Below are positions 1 to 7,629 of a stretch of DNA of 64,000 nt, piece by piece; the stretch's first letter is position 1, and each line of letters begins with the position of its first letter. The notes beneath the pieces were generated by a model. It worked only from the letters and a program-made list of their open reading frames with translations, had not been told where the DNA came from and searched no databases. The position numbers and the translations under genes are program-made. Source of the DNA: an uncultured bacterium (GTDB taxonomy: Bacteria > Krumholzibacteriota > Krumholzibacteriia > Krumholzibacteriales > Krumholzibacteriaceae); assembly GCA_965371515.1 (NCBI GenBank), contig CBDUYR010000005.1, forward strand, positions 1 through 64,000. The letters are read 5' to 3'.

Positions 1-44
1 AAAAAAAAGAAGAAATCGAAGTTAAATTTATTCATCTGCCACAT
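1..44 (-). CDS. Putative partial AT-rich ORF (possible first gene cassette) running off the window edge
   Basis: ATG at 44..42 (in-frame ATG at 35..33) opens MWQMNKFNFDFFFF... with no stop before base 1. It starts 3 nt after a GTTATTC core-like site. Only 14 codons are visible. Confidence 0.3.
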   Translation of the reverse strand, partial: MWQMNKFNFDFFFF

Positions 45-47
45 GGC

Positions 48-98
48 GAATAACAGTTTATTTGTGTTGTGTCTTGTTCGTGAATTAGTCGTTATTTT
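48..98 (-). other. Putative att-like recombination site (AAATAAC ... GTTATTC inverted cores)
   Basis: The minus strand reads AAAATAAC (98..91), 36 nt, then GTTATTC (54..48). This resembles, imperfectly, integron RYYYAAC/GTTRRRY cores and lies just downstream of the recombinase. Confidence 0.4.
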
Positions 99-158
99 GG
101 TCGTTTACGCCGACTGGGTTCGGTAAAATTGGGCGGAAGGGAGGGGATTTCTGTCAGG

Positions 159-1109
159 TCAGCGGCGTTTGTGCCTGAAAATGGGTTCCGTTCTTTTCGC
201 CGCTGCTTCCCCTTCCATCATCCTGTCCAGCGGGCTTACGATCCTTGCGATATCCCTCCTGGTAACATGCGTGTAGATCTGCGTCGTCCTGATGCTCTTG
301 TGTCCCAGTAGTTCTTGAATATATCGCAAATCCGTTCCGCTTTCAAGCAGGTGCGTCGCGAAACTGTGCCTCAGGGCGTGGGTGCTGAACTGTTTCTTTA
401 TCCCGGCCCTCTTTCTGGCCTCTGAAACGACGTTCTGGACCGATCTTGTTGACAGATGAGAATCCTTCCTGTTTCCGGGAAAAAGAAAATGCTCCGGTCT
501 CCATGACATGCAGTAATCACGGATCGTGTCGAGGGCTACATCTGAAAGTACAGTATACCTGTCCTTCCGACCCTTGCCTCCCCTCACCATGATGAGCTGT
601 CGATCCGTATCGATGTCTTCCGGTCTCAGCCTGACAACTTCGCTGACGCGCATGCCTGATGAATACATAAGCATCAGGATCGCGAGATGCTTCCTGTTCC
701 TTACCGCCGCGAACAGCAGGCTCACTTCCTTCTCGCTCAAGACGGACGGCAGCTTGAACTCTTTTTTTGGACGGGGCAGTTCCTCGATGATGACTCGCTT
801 CTTCAGGACCTTGCCGTAGAAGAACTTCAGGGCGCTTACGGCCTGGTCCCTGTATGAGGCGGACACCTTCCTTTCATCGATCAGGTAAAGAAGATAGCGA
901 TTTATGTCGTCTTTTCCGAGCTCGTACGGACTCCTGCCAAAGTGCCTGACGAAGGCGGTCATGTGCTGGAGGTATACTTTGATAGTTCCTGGGCTGTAGT
1001 TGCGGAGCCGCAACTCCTGGCGCATCGTTTCCTTGAGCTTGCCCACGTCGTCACTTCCCTTCCCCACCCGTGGCAATTTAAGGCTTACGTCGGCTATATT
1101 CTTCGACAT
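159..1109 (-). CDS. Integron-integrase-like tyrosine recombinase (N-terminal SAM-like domain plus catalytic domain) lacking the IntI-specific insertion
   Basis: N-terminal RNYSPGTIKVY...SASYRDQAVSALKFFY. Catalytic residues: GMRVSE (R), GGKGRKDR (K), HALRHSFATHLLE (HxxR), IQELLGH (H), TTQIYTHV (Y). C-terminal SPLD. Confidence 0.9.
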   Translation of the reverse strand: MSKNIADVSLKLPRVGKGSDDVGKLKETMRQELRLRNYSPGTIKVYLQHMTAFVRHFGRSPYELGKDDINRYLLYLIDERKVSASYRDQAVSALKFFYGKVLKKRVIIEELPRPKKEFKLPSVLSEKEVSLLFAAVRNRKHLAILMLMYSSGMRVSEVVRLRPEDIDTDRQLIMVRGGKGRKDRYTVLSDVALDTIRDYCMSWRPEHFLFPGNRKDSHLSTRSVQNVVSEARKRAGIKKQFSTHALRHSFATHLLESGTDLRYIQELLGHKSIRTTQIYTHVTRRDIARIVSPLDRMMEGEAAAKRTEPIFRHKRR

Positions 1110-1155
1110 GCCTCTATGGTATGTCGTGCATTCTAATAGATAGCTCTACAACATG

Positions 1156-1716
1156 TCACGCATTTTTCGAGAAGCCGTACTGTCCGACGGGCTGGCCGAG
1201 GGACCAGTATTCCCCGTTTACATACGTTATCAGGGGGATCTTCGAGAAATCGAGCTTTCCGTCTGTCAGGACCTCCTCGTCTGCGTGTTTGGCTACCACC
1301 TCGCCGATGAACATGTGGTGGACGCCGACGGGGATCTGGTTCCTGACCACGCATTCGAGATTTACAGGGCACTCGGCCACAAGGGGAGCATGGACGATCC
1401 TCGCCGGGGCGGCGGTGAGCCCTGTTTTCTCGAACTTGTCCCCTTCGGAGCCGGAAATCACGCCGCACATGTCGACGATCCTGGTCATCTCGACCGTCGG
1501 AATGTTGACCGTGAAGCAGCCCGATTCAGAGATCATTCTGTATGAATGTCTCTCCGGCCGTATCGAGACATGGACCGTCTCGGGATCTGAGCAGTTGATG
1601 CCGCACCACGCGATGGTGAGAAGATTCCGGCCGAGTTCCTCGTGCGAACAGGCAACGAGGACCACGGGGACGGGCGCCATGATAAACGATCCCGTCAGTT
1701 CTTTTTTCTCGTGCAT
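1156..1716 (-). CDS. Flavin reductase family protein (FMN-binding split barrel)
   Basis: PVPVVLV...TIAW...SIRPERHSY...FTVNIP...CG..SG...DKF...APLVAECPVNLEC...HHMFIGEV. Confidence 0.9.
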   Translation of the reverse strand: MHEKKELTGSFIMAPVPVVLVACSHEELGRNLLTIAWCGINCSDPETVHVSIRPERHSYRMISESGCFTVNIPTVEMTRIVDMCGVISGSEGDKFEKTGLTAAPARIVHAPLVAECPVNLECVVRNQIPVGVHHMFIGEVVAKHADEEVLTDGKLDFSKIPLITYVNGEYWSLGQPVGQYGFSKNA

Positions 1717-1773
1717 TCATATCCTCTCGGTTAGTGCAGTGACTGATGCCGGGGCCACATCTGGTGATCGATG

Positions 1774-3027
1774 CTAGAACAGCACCTGCTGCTCCTGCGG
1801 GACCATGGCGAGCAGGTCTTCATCCTCTATACCGGATTCGAGCAGGCCTGTCACGTCGATTCTGCTTTCGATCAGCTGTCGTACGGGCCAGACATACTTC
1901 ATCGCGTCTATTATAATCGCTCCTGCTATGCGGCCCTTCTCGATCGTCCACCTCATATATGAGCCGTCTTCAAATTTCCAGGACCTGAAAGTATAGCTCG
2001 AATCATTTCTTGGATTGAAGAGGCCCAGGACGGCGTAGAAAGACTCGAACACGCTGCTCGAGTTGAGCATGACTCCTTCGCTGAAGGGCCGGTCACCGCC
2101 CGTCATGTTAACTGCCGCGGCCTGGCCCTGGAGCGCAGATGTGAGCCATGTGCGTGTCGGAACGGGCCTGCCGCCGGGGTCCGCTCGCATTGCGCAGCAG
2201 TCGCCTGCGGCATAGACATCCTCGGCGCTGGTGCGCAGGAACCCGTCGACGATGACGGATCTCTCTACTTCGACACCGCTGCCATCGAGGAACTTGACAT
2301 CAGCCCTGGTGCCGATCGCCGGCGCGATCAGGTCGCAGGGAATCGTCTCGCCTGCCTTTGTTATCAGGCCGGTCACGTTGCCGTTGATGCCTTGGAAGCT
2401 TTCCGCTTCGGTGTTGAAACGTACGTCGACACCCCGGGCGTAGAGTTGATCCTCGATTATCTTCGCTCCGTCCTCGTCGAAGAGAAGCCCGAGGAGCCTG
2501 TCGCCGCGGACCAGCATGGTGACTTCAAGTCCGAGCTGCAGGAAATTGTCAATCAGCTCGAAACTGAGTATCCCGCCTCCGAGAACTACGACTCTTTTCG
2601 CCCCTTCCTCTATCTCACGGAGAAAAGTATCAACACATCCCAGGCCACGGTAGGTGCAGACGCCTTCAAGATCCAGCCCGGGCCAAGGCATCGTAAGCGC
2701 CGACGCGCCCGTTGCTATGAGGAGTTTGTCGTATGGGACCGAGTCAGATTCGTTGTATGTGATTCTTTGTGATCCGGTATCGATCGATTTGACCGTACCT
2801 CTGATGAAATCTATCCCCGCGGATTCGAACCAGCCTTCAGGCTTGCCGAATACCTCGTTCCGTTCGATCTTGCCCTGGAAGTACTCTGACAGGGCGGCCC
2901 TGAAGTAGAAATCCTCGTCGGAGATGATTGTGATATCTCCCGCAGGATCCAGTCTCAGCAGCTCCTCGGCAGCTGATATCCCGGCTATGCCGGCTCCGAT
3001 GATCACGTATTTTTTAGAATCGCCCAT
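1774..3027 (-). CDS. FAD/NAD(P)-dependent oxidoreductase (rubredoxin/nitrite reductase-like)
   Basis: IIGAGIAG FAD motif, YDKLLIATGA, VLGGG NAD motif, T..EDVYAAGDC. Start moved to ATG 3027 because a GAGGTG RBS precedes it. Confidence 0.85.
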   Translation of the reverse strand: MGDSKKYVIIGAGIAGISAAEELLRLDPAGDITIISDEDFYFRAALSEYFQGKIERNEVFGKPEGWFESAGIDFIRGTVKSIDTGSQRITYNESDSVPYDKLLIATGASALTMPWPGLDLEGVCTYRGLGCVDTFLREIEEGAKRVVVLGGGILSFELIDNFLQLGLEVTMLVRGDRLLGLLFDEDGAKIIEDQLYARGVDVRFNTEAESFQGINGNVTGLITKAGETIPCDLIAPAIGTRADVKFLDGSGVEVERSVIVDGFLRTSAEDVYAAGDCCAMRADPGGRPVPTRTWLTSALQGQAAAVNMTGGDRPFSEGVMLNSSSVFESFYAVLGLFNPRNDSSYTFRSWKFEDGSYMRWTIEKGRIAGAIIIDAMKYVWPVRQLIESRIDVTGLLESGIEDEDLLAMVPQEQQVLF

Positions 3028-3105
3028 TTTCACCTCGCTTCTGAGAATCCGATCATCATTTGATGATTTGATCATCATTTCTGGCAGTCACGTCAGGGTT
3101 TTATC

Positions 3106-4230
3106 TCATCTCGTTTTCTCTTTCATCAGCCTAGAGTTTTCTACAGCCATTTCGATCACGTCCACTACCTTGACGCGCGCATCGGGATGCAGGTTGAACG
3201 ACTCAAGGCACGTCACGCATTCAACCGCCATCTTCTCTGTACCGGTCCCGGCTGCTTCCTCGAACCGGTCGCGGTGGATCTCTTTGAGCTGTTCCGGATT
3301 GGTCTTCATCGCCCAGTACCCGCAGCACCAGGTGTTTCGCGCGCCGGAACGTTCCATCTCCACTACATCGGCGATTTTCGAGAGCAGCTCTCTGGCCGGG
3401 CCGGGCATGTTGAACTTCCTGCTGATATGGCACGAGTCGTGGTATGTGACCTTCTCCCCCGAGTGTTCGAGGCCGAGTCTGTCGGTATGATTCAGGACCC
3501 ACATCGACGGGGTCAGGGGTTTGAATTTCGCATTGTACTTTCTCTTTATCTTCACCAGAGAAGCAAAGCACTCGGCGCAACCGGTAACCACTTCTTCAGG
3601 ATCGGATTTCTCGATGAGATGGAGCAGATGTTCGTGATAGTCCTCGGCTGGGCCGGTCTCGCCGGCGAGTAGCTGGGGCCACCCGCAGCATGACCGGAAG
3701 CCGCCGAGCACCTCGTAGTCGAGGCCGAGGGCCTCGGCGATGTCGATCAACTGATGCGCCGAACCGGTCGGAGTGAATATGTAGCACCCCAGGTAGAAGA
3801 GCAGCGGGGTCTTTTTGAACTTCTTCTTGTCGACGTGCCGCCCCAGCCTGCCGATCTTCCTCTTGAAGACAAGATTGAAGGCACCGATCAACAGCGGATT
3901 CCTGTCGTGCCCTTTCATACGCAGATACTTCCTGTAGGCTTCCGGCTCGATATCCTGCATTGCGAGCTTGGCCTTGAGGTAAAGCATCATTATCGACCTG
4001 CCCGCAGTGGTGGGGCAGACGGTGTCGCAGCGGCCGCACTGGACACATTCTGCAGCGAACCGCGCCACCTCGGGCGGGACGGGCGTACCAGGTCTCGTGG
4101 CCTCATTCAGTATCTTCAGGGGGAGGGCGGGATCGACGACCGGGCAGACTTTCATGCACTCGTCGACACCGATACAGTTCTTCAGGTTGTAATCTACCCA
4201 GTTCTCCAGCTCTTCGAGGAAGGTCCTCAT
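3106..4230 (-). CDS. (Fe-S)-binding protein: 4Fe-4S dicluster plus two CCG domains (HdrD/GlpC-like)
   Basis: CIGVDECMKVCP, CVQCGRCDTVCP, YLGC...SCCG...GCAEC, YHDSC...CCG...ECVTC. Confidence 0.85.
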   Translation of the reverse strand: MRTFLEELENWVDYNLKNCIGVDECMKVCPVVDPALPLKILNEATRPGTPVPPEVARFAAECVQCGRCDTVCPTTAGRSIMMLYLKAKLAMQDIEPEAYRKYLRMKGHDRNPLLIGAFNLVFKRKIGRLGRHVDKKKFKKTPLLFYLGCYIFTPTGSAHQLIDIAEALGLDYEVLGGFRSCCGWPQLLAGETGPAEDYHEHLLHLIEKSDPEEVVTGCAECFASLVKIKRKYNAKFKPLTPSMWVLNHTDRLGLEHSGEKVTYHDSCHISRKFNMPGPARELLSKIADVVEMERSGARNTWCCGYWAMKTNPEQLKEIHRDRFEEAAGTGTEKMAVECVTCLESFNLHPDARVKVVDVIEMAVENSRLMKEKTR

Positions 4231-4989
4231 CTATTCGTCCTTATCTGTCTCTCGATAGCCTGCGTCCAGTTTTGCTGGTTCCGGTTTTTCCTGGTCTGGA
4301 AGAGCTGCGGGGGCGGTCTTCTTCAGTTTTTTATAGATCAGGGGTATGAACATCAGGAGGACGAACGCTCCCAGCGCGAGGAAGAACTGCCAGGAGATGA
4401 TGTTCTCGAGGGACGAGCCGAGAAGAGCGTTTATGAATCCTCCGGGTATCATTCCAATAAAAGACGCCAGGGCGAAGTCGCGGAGTTTGATATTCGAGAG
4501 GCCGGCGCCGAAATTGACCGCGTCGTACTGGAAGAGCGGGACAAGGCGTACGAAGAGTATCAGCTTGAATCCCTCGTCGGCGGCCTTCTCGTCGAATTTT
4601 TTGATCCTGCCCTTGTGAAGCCACTGGAACGACTCGATGAAGCTCCTCCCTAAATATCGCGCCACGAGGAACGAGAGACACGATCCGATCGTCGCCCCGA
4701 TAAGGATGTACAGGGTACCGAGCCACTTGCCGAAGGCGAGCCCGCCGGCAAGCGACATCACTCCTACCGGTATCACGAGGATTACCGCCCTGGCAGCATA
4801 CAGCCCTATGAATATCACCGGGGCGAGCGCTCCGAAGCTCAGGATGAATTCCTTCACCTTCGCAGGGGTAAACTGCCCGACATCGAGGGGAGTGAATCTG
4901 AAGACGGCGACGATGCCGAGGACGATTACGATAAGGGTGACAAGCTTCCAGTAAGGCCTCGAGCGTACATTTTGTATTTCATCAGCCAT
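4231..4989 (-). CDS. TVP38/TMEM64 (VTT/DedA-like) membrane protein
   Basis: LAGGLAFG..LGTLY..IGATIGS..SFLVARYLGR and RLVPLFQYDAVNFGAGLS. Start set at MADEIQ. Confidence 0.9.
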   Translation of the reverse strand: MADEIQNVRSRPYWKLVTLIVIVLGIVAVFRFTPLDVGQFTPAKVKEFILSFGALAPVIFIGLYAARAVILVIPVGVMSLAGGLAFGKWLGTLYILIGATIGSCLSFLVARYLGRSFIESFQWLHKGRIKKFDEKAADEGFKLILFVRLVPLFQYDAVNFGAGLSNIKLRDFALASFIGMIPGGFINALLGSSLENIISWQFFLALGAFVLLMFIPLIYKKLKKTAPAALPDQEKPEPAKLDAGYRETDKDE

Positions 4990-5088
4990 TTGCAGTCTCC
5001 GTTCGGAAACGGGAACGACACGGTCTGCGAGATGGTCCGGATAGTCCGAAGGATGATTGATTCTAGCAAAACAGCGACTTACCGCCAC

Positions 5089-5763
5089 TTAAATAATTTC
5101 AGTTATAAATCGCGCGGTCTCCGGCAGCGGATTGGGCATCTGCCCTGCTTTGAGGTCACCTTCGAGTCTACGGAGGTCGTCGATCGTGTCCACGTCGTAG
5201 AGCTCATCGAGCATGGCGATGTCGAGTTGTGCATTTTTAACTGCCTGGATGGTCTTTTCCAGTACTTCGGAAGTGCCCCAGTCTATTCCACTGAAAAGTT
5301 CAGGTCCGGGAGTGGAGAGTCCCAGAAGATAGTATCCGCCGTCTTCCGCGGGACCGAGGACAATATCGTGGTCATCGAGGAGAGCGAATGCACGTTCAAT
5401 TTTCTCGTTATCGAGAGAGGGGCAGTCGGTCCCGATGAGCACAGCCCTGTCGTAACCGAATCCCTCGCCGGCGCCGAGGACCCTGGTGAAGGCGTTTTGC
5501 TCCCGTTCGCCGAGATCGACGCCTTCCTGAGCCTCTAATCTCTTGCCGGGGCCGAGCCAGCCCGCGAAGTCTTTTTTCCTGTCCGGCGGTGAGAAGAAGA
5601 TTATCGTATCGAAATCCGGAGCATGAGAATGGGCGGCGATGATATCCGCGGCGATCGACCTGTGGAAAGTTGCCGCCTCTCCGGGCGAAAGGTCAGGCGT
5701 CAGGCGCGTCTTGACCTGTCCCGGCTCGGGGTACTTGACGAAAATGATCAGGGCATTATTCAT
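5089..5763 (-). CDS. TIGR04282/DUF2064 family transferase (CofC-like; arsenosugar/selenodomain-associated)
   Basis: IIFVKYPEPGQVKTRL, QEGVDLGER, LIGTDCP, VLGPAEDGGYYLLG, GIDWGTS, LYDVDT..DL. Confidence 0.9.
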   Translation of the reverse strand: MNNALIIFVKYPEPGQVKTRLTPDLSPGEAATFHRSIAADIIAAHSHAPDFDTIIFFSPPDRKKDFAGWLGPGKRLEAQEGVDLGEREQNAFTRVLGAGEGFGYDRAVLIGTDCPSLDNEKIERAFALLDDHDIVLGPAEDGGYYLLGLSTPGPELFSGIDWGTSEVLEKTIQAVKNAQLDIAMLDELYDVDTIDDLRRLEGDLKAGQMPNPLPETARFITEII

Positions 5764-5794
5764 GTTCCAGGATCAGGGTTTTCGATTTCATGTG

Positions 5795-6760
5795 TTACTG
5801 ATCTGTGAATTTTTCGTTGAGCGTCCAGTCGTACTCGATGTACTTCAGTTCGGGACTCCTGTCCACGATGTATTCGCTTATATCCGACGATGCGTAGTCG
5901 ACGATGAACTTGACGAAGCCACGGCTGCTTCTCCCGTAACGTTTGAGCCAGGCGGGGAGTGGATGTTTGTCTGACTCAGGAGCTTTCTTCGGCTCATGGC
6001 CTCTTTTCCTCACCTGATCATTCGTCGACTGCTGTTTATCACCAGAAAACTCTTCCCACGCGCTCTTTTCCCACTCGTAGAAATCATCCTTGTACCACTT
6101 GAAGATCTCGGAGACGTTCAGAACATTGTTCTCCCTGTCGAGGAGTACCTTCTTCGGATCGGCGAGGAACCTGATCGCATCCCTGCTGAGCTGTTCGTTC
6201 AATCCCTCGGCAGTGTATGCACTGCCTGACAGTACCGGGCAGCCCGCCGAGGCGCAGACGATCGAGAAGTGGATCCTCGGGTCTCTGAATTCCTTGCGCA
6301 GCATCTCGTGCTCTATCTCATCAAGTGTGACGGGCCGGCCGGCGAGCTCGATGAACTCCGTATCCCAGAAATCCTTGATCTGCCGGATGCTGCTCTGCGG
6401 GAATCGCCTGCGGGCGAAGAATCCGCCGGGCTGGATAGGATAGTTGAGGAGTATCCCGTGTATCGTGACGGCGTTATAGGCGTTGATCCAGAACGCCATC
6501 CTCTCCTCCCTGCTCCAGGACTCGTAGTCCGAGGCGCTGTTTCTTGTGAGCATGGCGAGGTAGGCGTCAAGCTCGCTGCTGTCATTCTTCAGCGAAGAGT
6601 ACTCGACGAGGCCGTTTTCAGTATATTTATATAAGATCGTGTCCCACTGCGTGTGGTCCAGGCCCTGAGCGGAAGCCGTGCCTGTCGGCAAGGCAGGTGC
6701 AGTAATGCATAGAATGATTGCCGCGGCGATGATCATCGGGATGGATCCGGAAATTCTCAT
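5795..6760 (-). CDS. DUF547 domain secreted protein
   Basis: Signal peptide, AFWINAYNA, TLDEIEH..LR...DPRIHF...CASAGCP, SEIFKWYKDDF, YDWTLN. The ATG overlaps the upstream stop codon (ATGA). Confidence 0.9.
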   Translation of the reverse strand: MRISGSIPMIIAAAIILCITAPALPTGTASAQGLDHTQWDTILYKYTENGLVEYSSLKNDSSELDAYLAMLTRNSASDYESWSREERMAFWINAYNAVTIHGILLNYPIQPGGFFARRRFPQSSIRQIKDFWDTEFIELAGRPVTLDEIEHEMLRKEFRDPRIHFSIVCASAGCPVLSGSAYTAEGLNEQLSRDAIRFLADPKKVLLDRENNVLNVSEIFKWYKDDFYEWEKSAWEEFSGDKQQSTNDQVRKRGHEPKKAPESDKHPLPAWLKRYGRSSRGFVKFIVDYASSDISEYIVDRSPELKYIEYDWTLNEKFTDQ

Positions 6761-7605
6761 TTTTCTTCCTCTGCTTTGTCTGTGGAGCACTGTTCGCAGT
6801 CGGCGGCGCTCATTTCGCTGTCGGCTCTCGCCCTGTACATGCGGGCGAGCCTCTCGGGGGATACGCCGAGTCCGTACAGTATCTTCAGTATATCATTCCA
6901 TATGAATGCCCTCATCGGCCCCTCGGCAACCAGTTTTCTGTCCGAAGAGGGGAGCTTTGCGTCCAGGATCATGATCCTGCCGCTGCGTCGGAGCCTGTTC
7001 GCCAGCTCTACATCCTCAAAGGCCCGTATCTCACGGTATCCGCCGAGGTCTTCGAATACAGTTCTTCTAACGAATATCCCCATGTCGCCGAAGAGGTTCT
7101 TTCTGAGCCTGTTCTTCCAGTGCGCGAGCCCCGTCGCTAGCGGATAATACCATCTGCCGCCGTTCAGATCCCATCTGAATCCGCCGGCTACAACATCGGG
7201 ATCGGTCATCGCGGTCCTGATGAGTCGGAAAGAGTCCTCCGGCGGCAGGCAGTCTGCGTGCAGAAACCAGAGAATATCGCCCCGCGCGGCTGCCGCTCCC
7301 CTGTTCATCTGGATCGCTCTTCCTCGCGGTGAGGTGATTATCGTCGCCATGCCTGCCACGCTTTCCGGCGTGCCGTCGTCGCTGCCGCAGTCGGCTATTA
7401 TGATCTCCGTACCGGTCATATCTCTCATTGTGATTTCTGTTCTGTCTGTCTCGGTTGAGATGGTCTCCGGCATGTCCGGATTCAGATGATCGACCGAATC
7501 CGGGGGATCGATCGCACGCAGGCGTTCGACGAGCGGGCGCAGGAGCTGCACCTCGTTCCATACGGGAATAATAACGGAAATGGTTGGGTTTTCAGGGCCG
7601 GTCAT
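6757..7605 (-). CDS. TIGR04283 family GT2 glycosyltransferase (arsenosugar/selenodomain-associated)
   Basis: ISVIIPVWNE, DCGSDDGT, GRAIQMNRGA, LWFLHAD, FGDMGIFVRR..F...GGY....FEDVEL. Confidence 0.88.
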   Translation of the reverse strand: MTGPENPTISVIIPVWNEVQLLRPLVERLRAIDPPDSVDHLNPDMPETISTETDRTEITMRDMTGTEIIIADCGSDDGTPESVAGMATIITSPRGRAIQMNRGAAAARGDILWFLHADCLPPEDSFRLIRTAMTDPDVVAGGFRWDLNGGRWYYPLATGLAHWKNRLRKNLFGDMGIFVRRTVFEDLGGYREIRAFEDVELANRLRRSGRIMILDAKLPSSDRKLVAEGPMRAFIWNDILKILYGLGVSPERLARMYRARADSEMSAADCEQCSTDKAEEEK

Positions 7606-7629
7606 ATGTCATGTGACGCGGAAGCCTTC

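Noticed and set aside
159..1109. Calling the recombinase a canonical integron integrase (intI) or XerC/XerD
   Set aside because: It lacks the IntI-specific insertion. Its N-terminal domain and SPLD tail are IntI-like rather than Xer-like, so no gene symbol was given.
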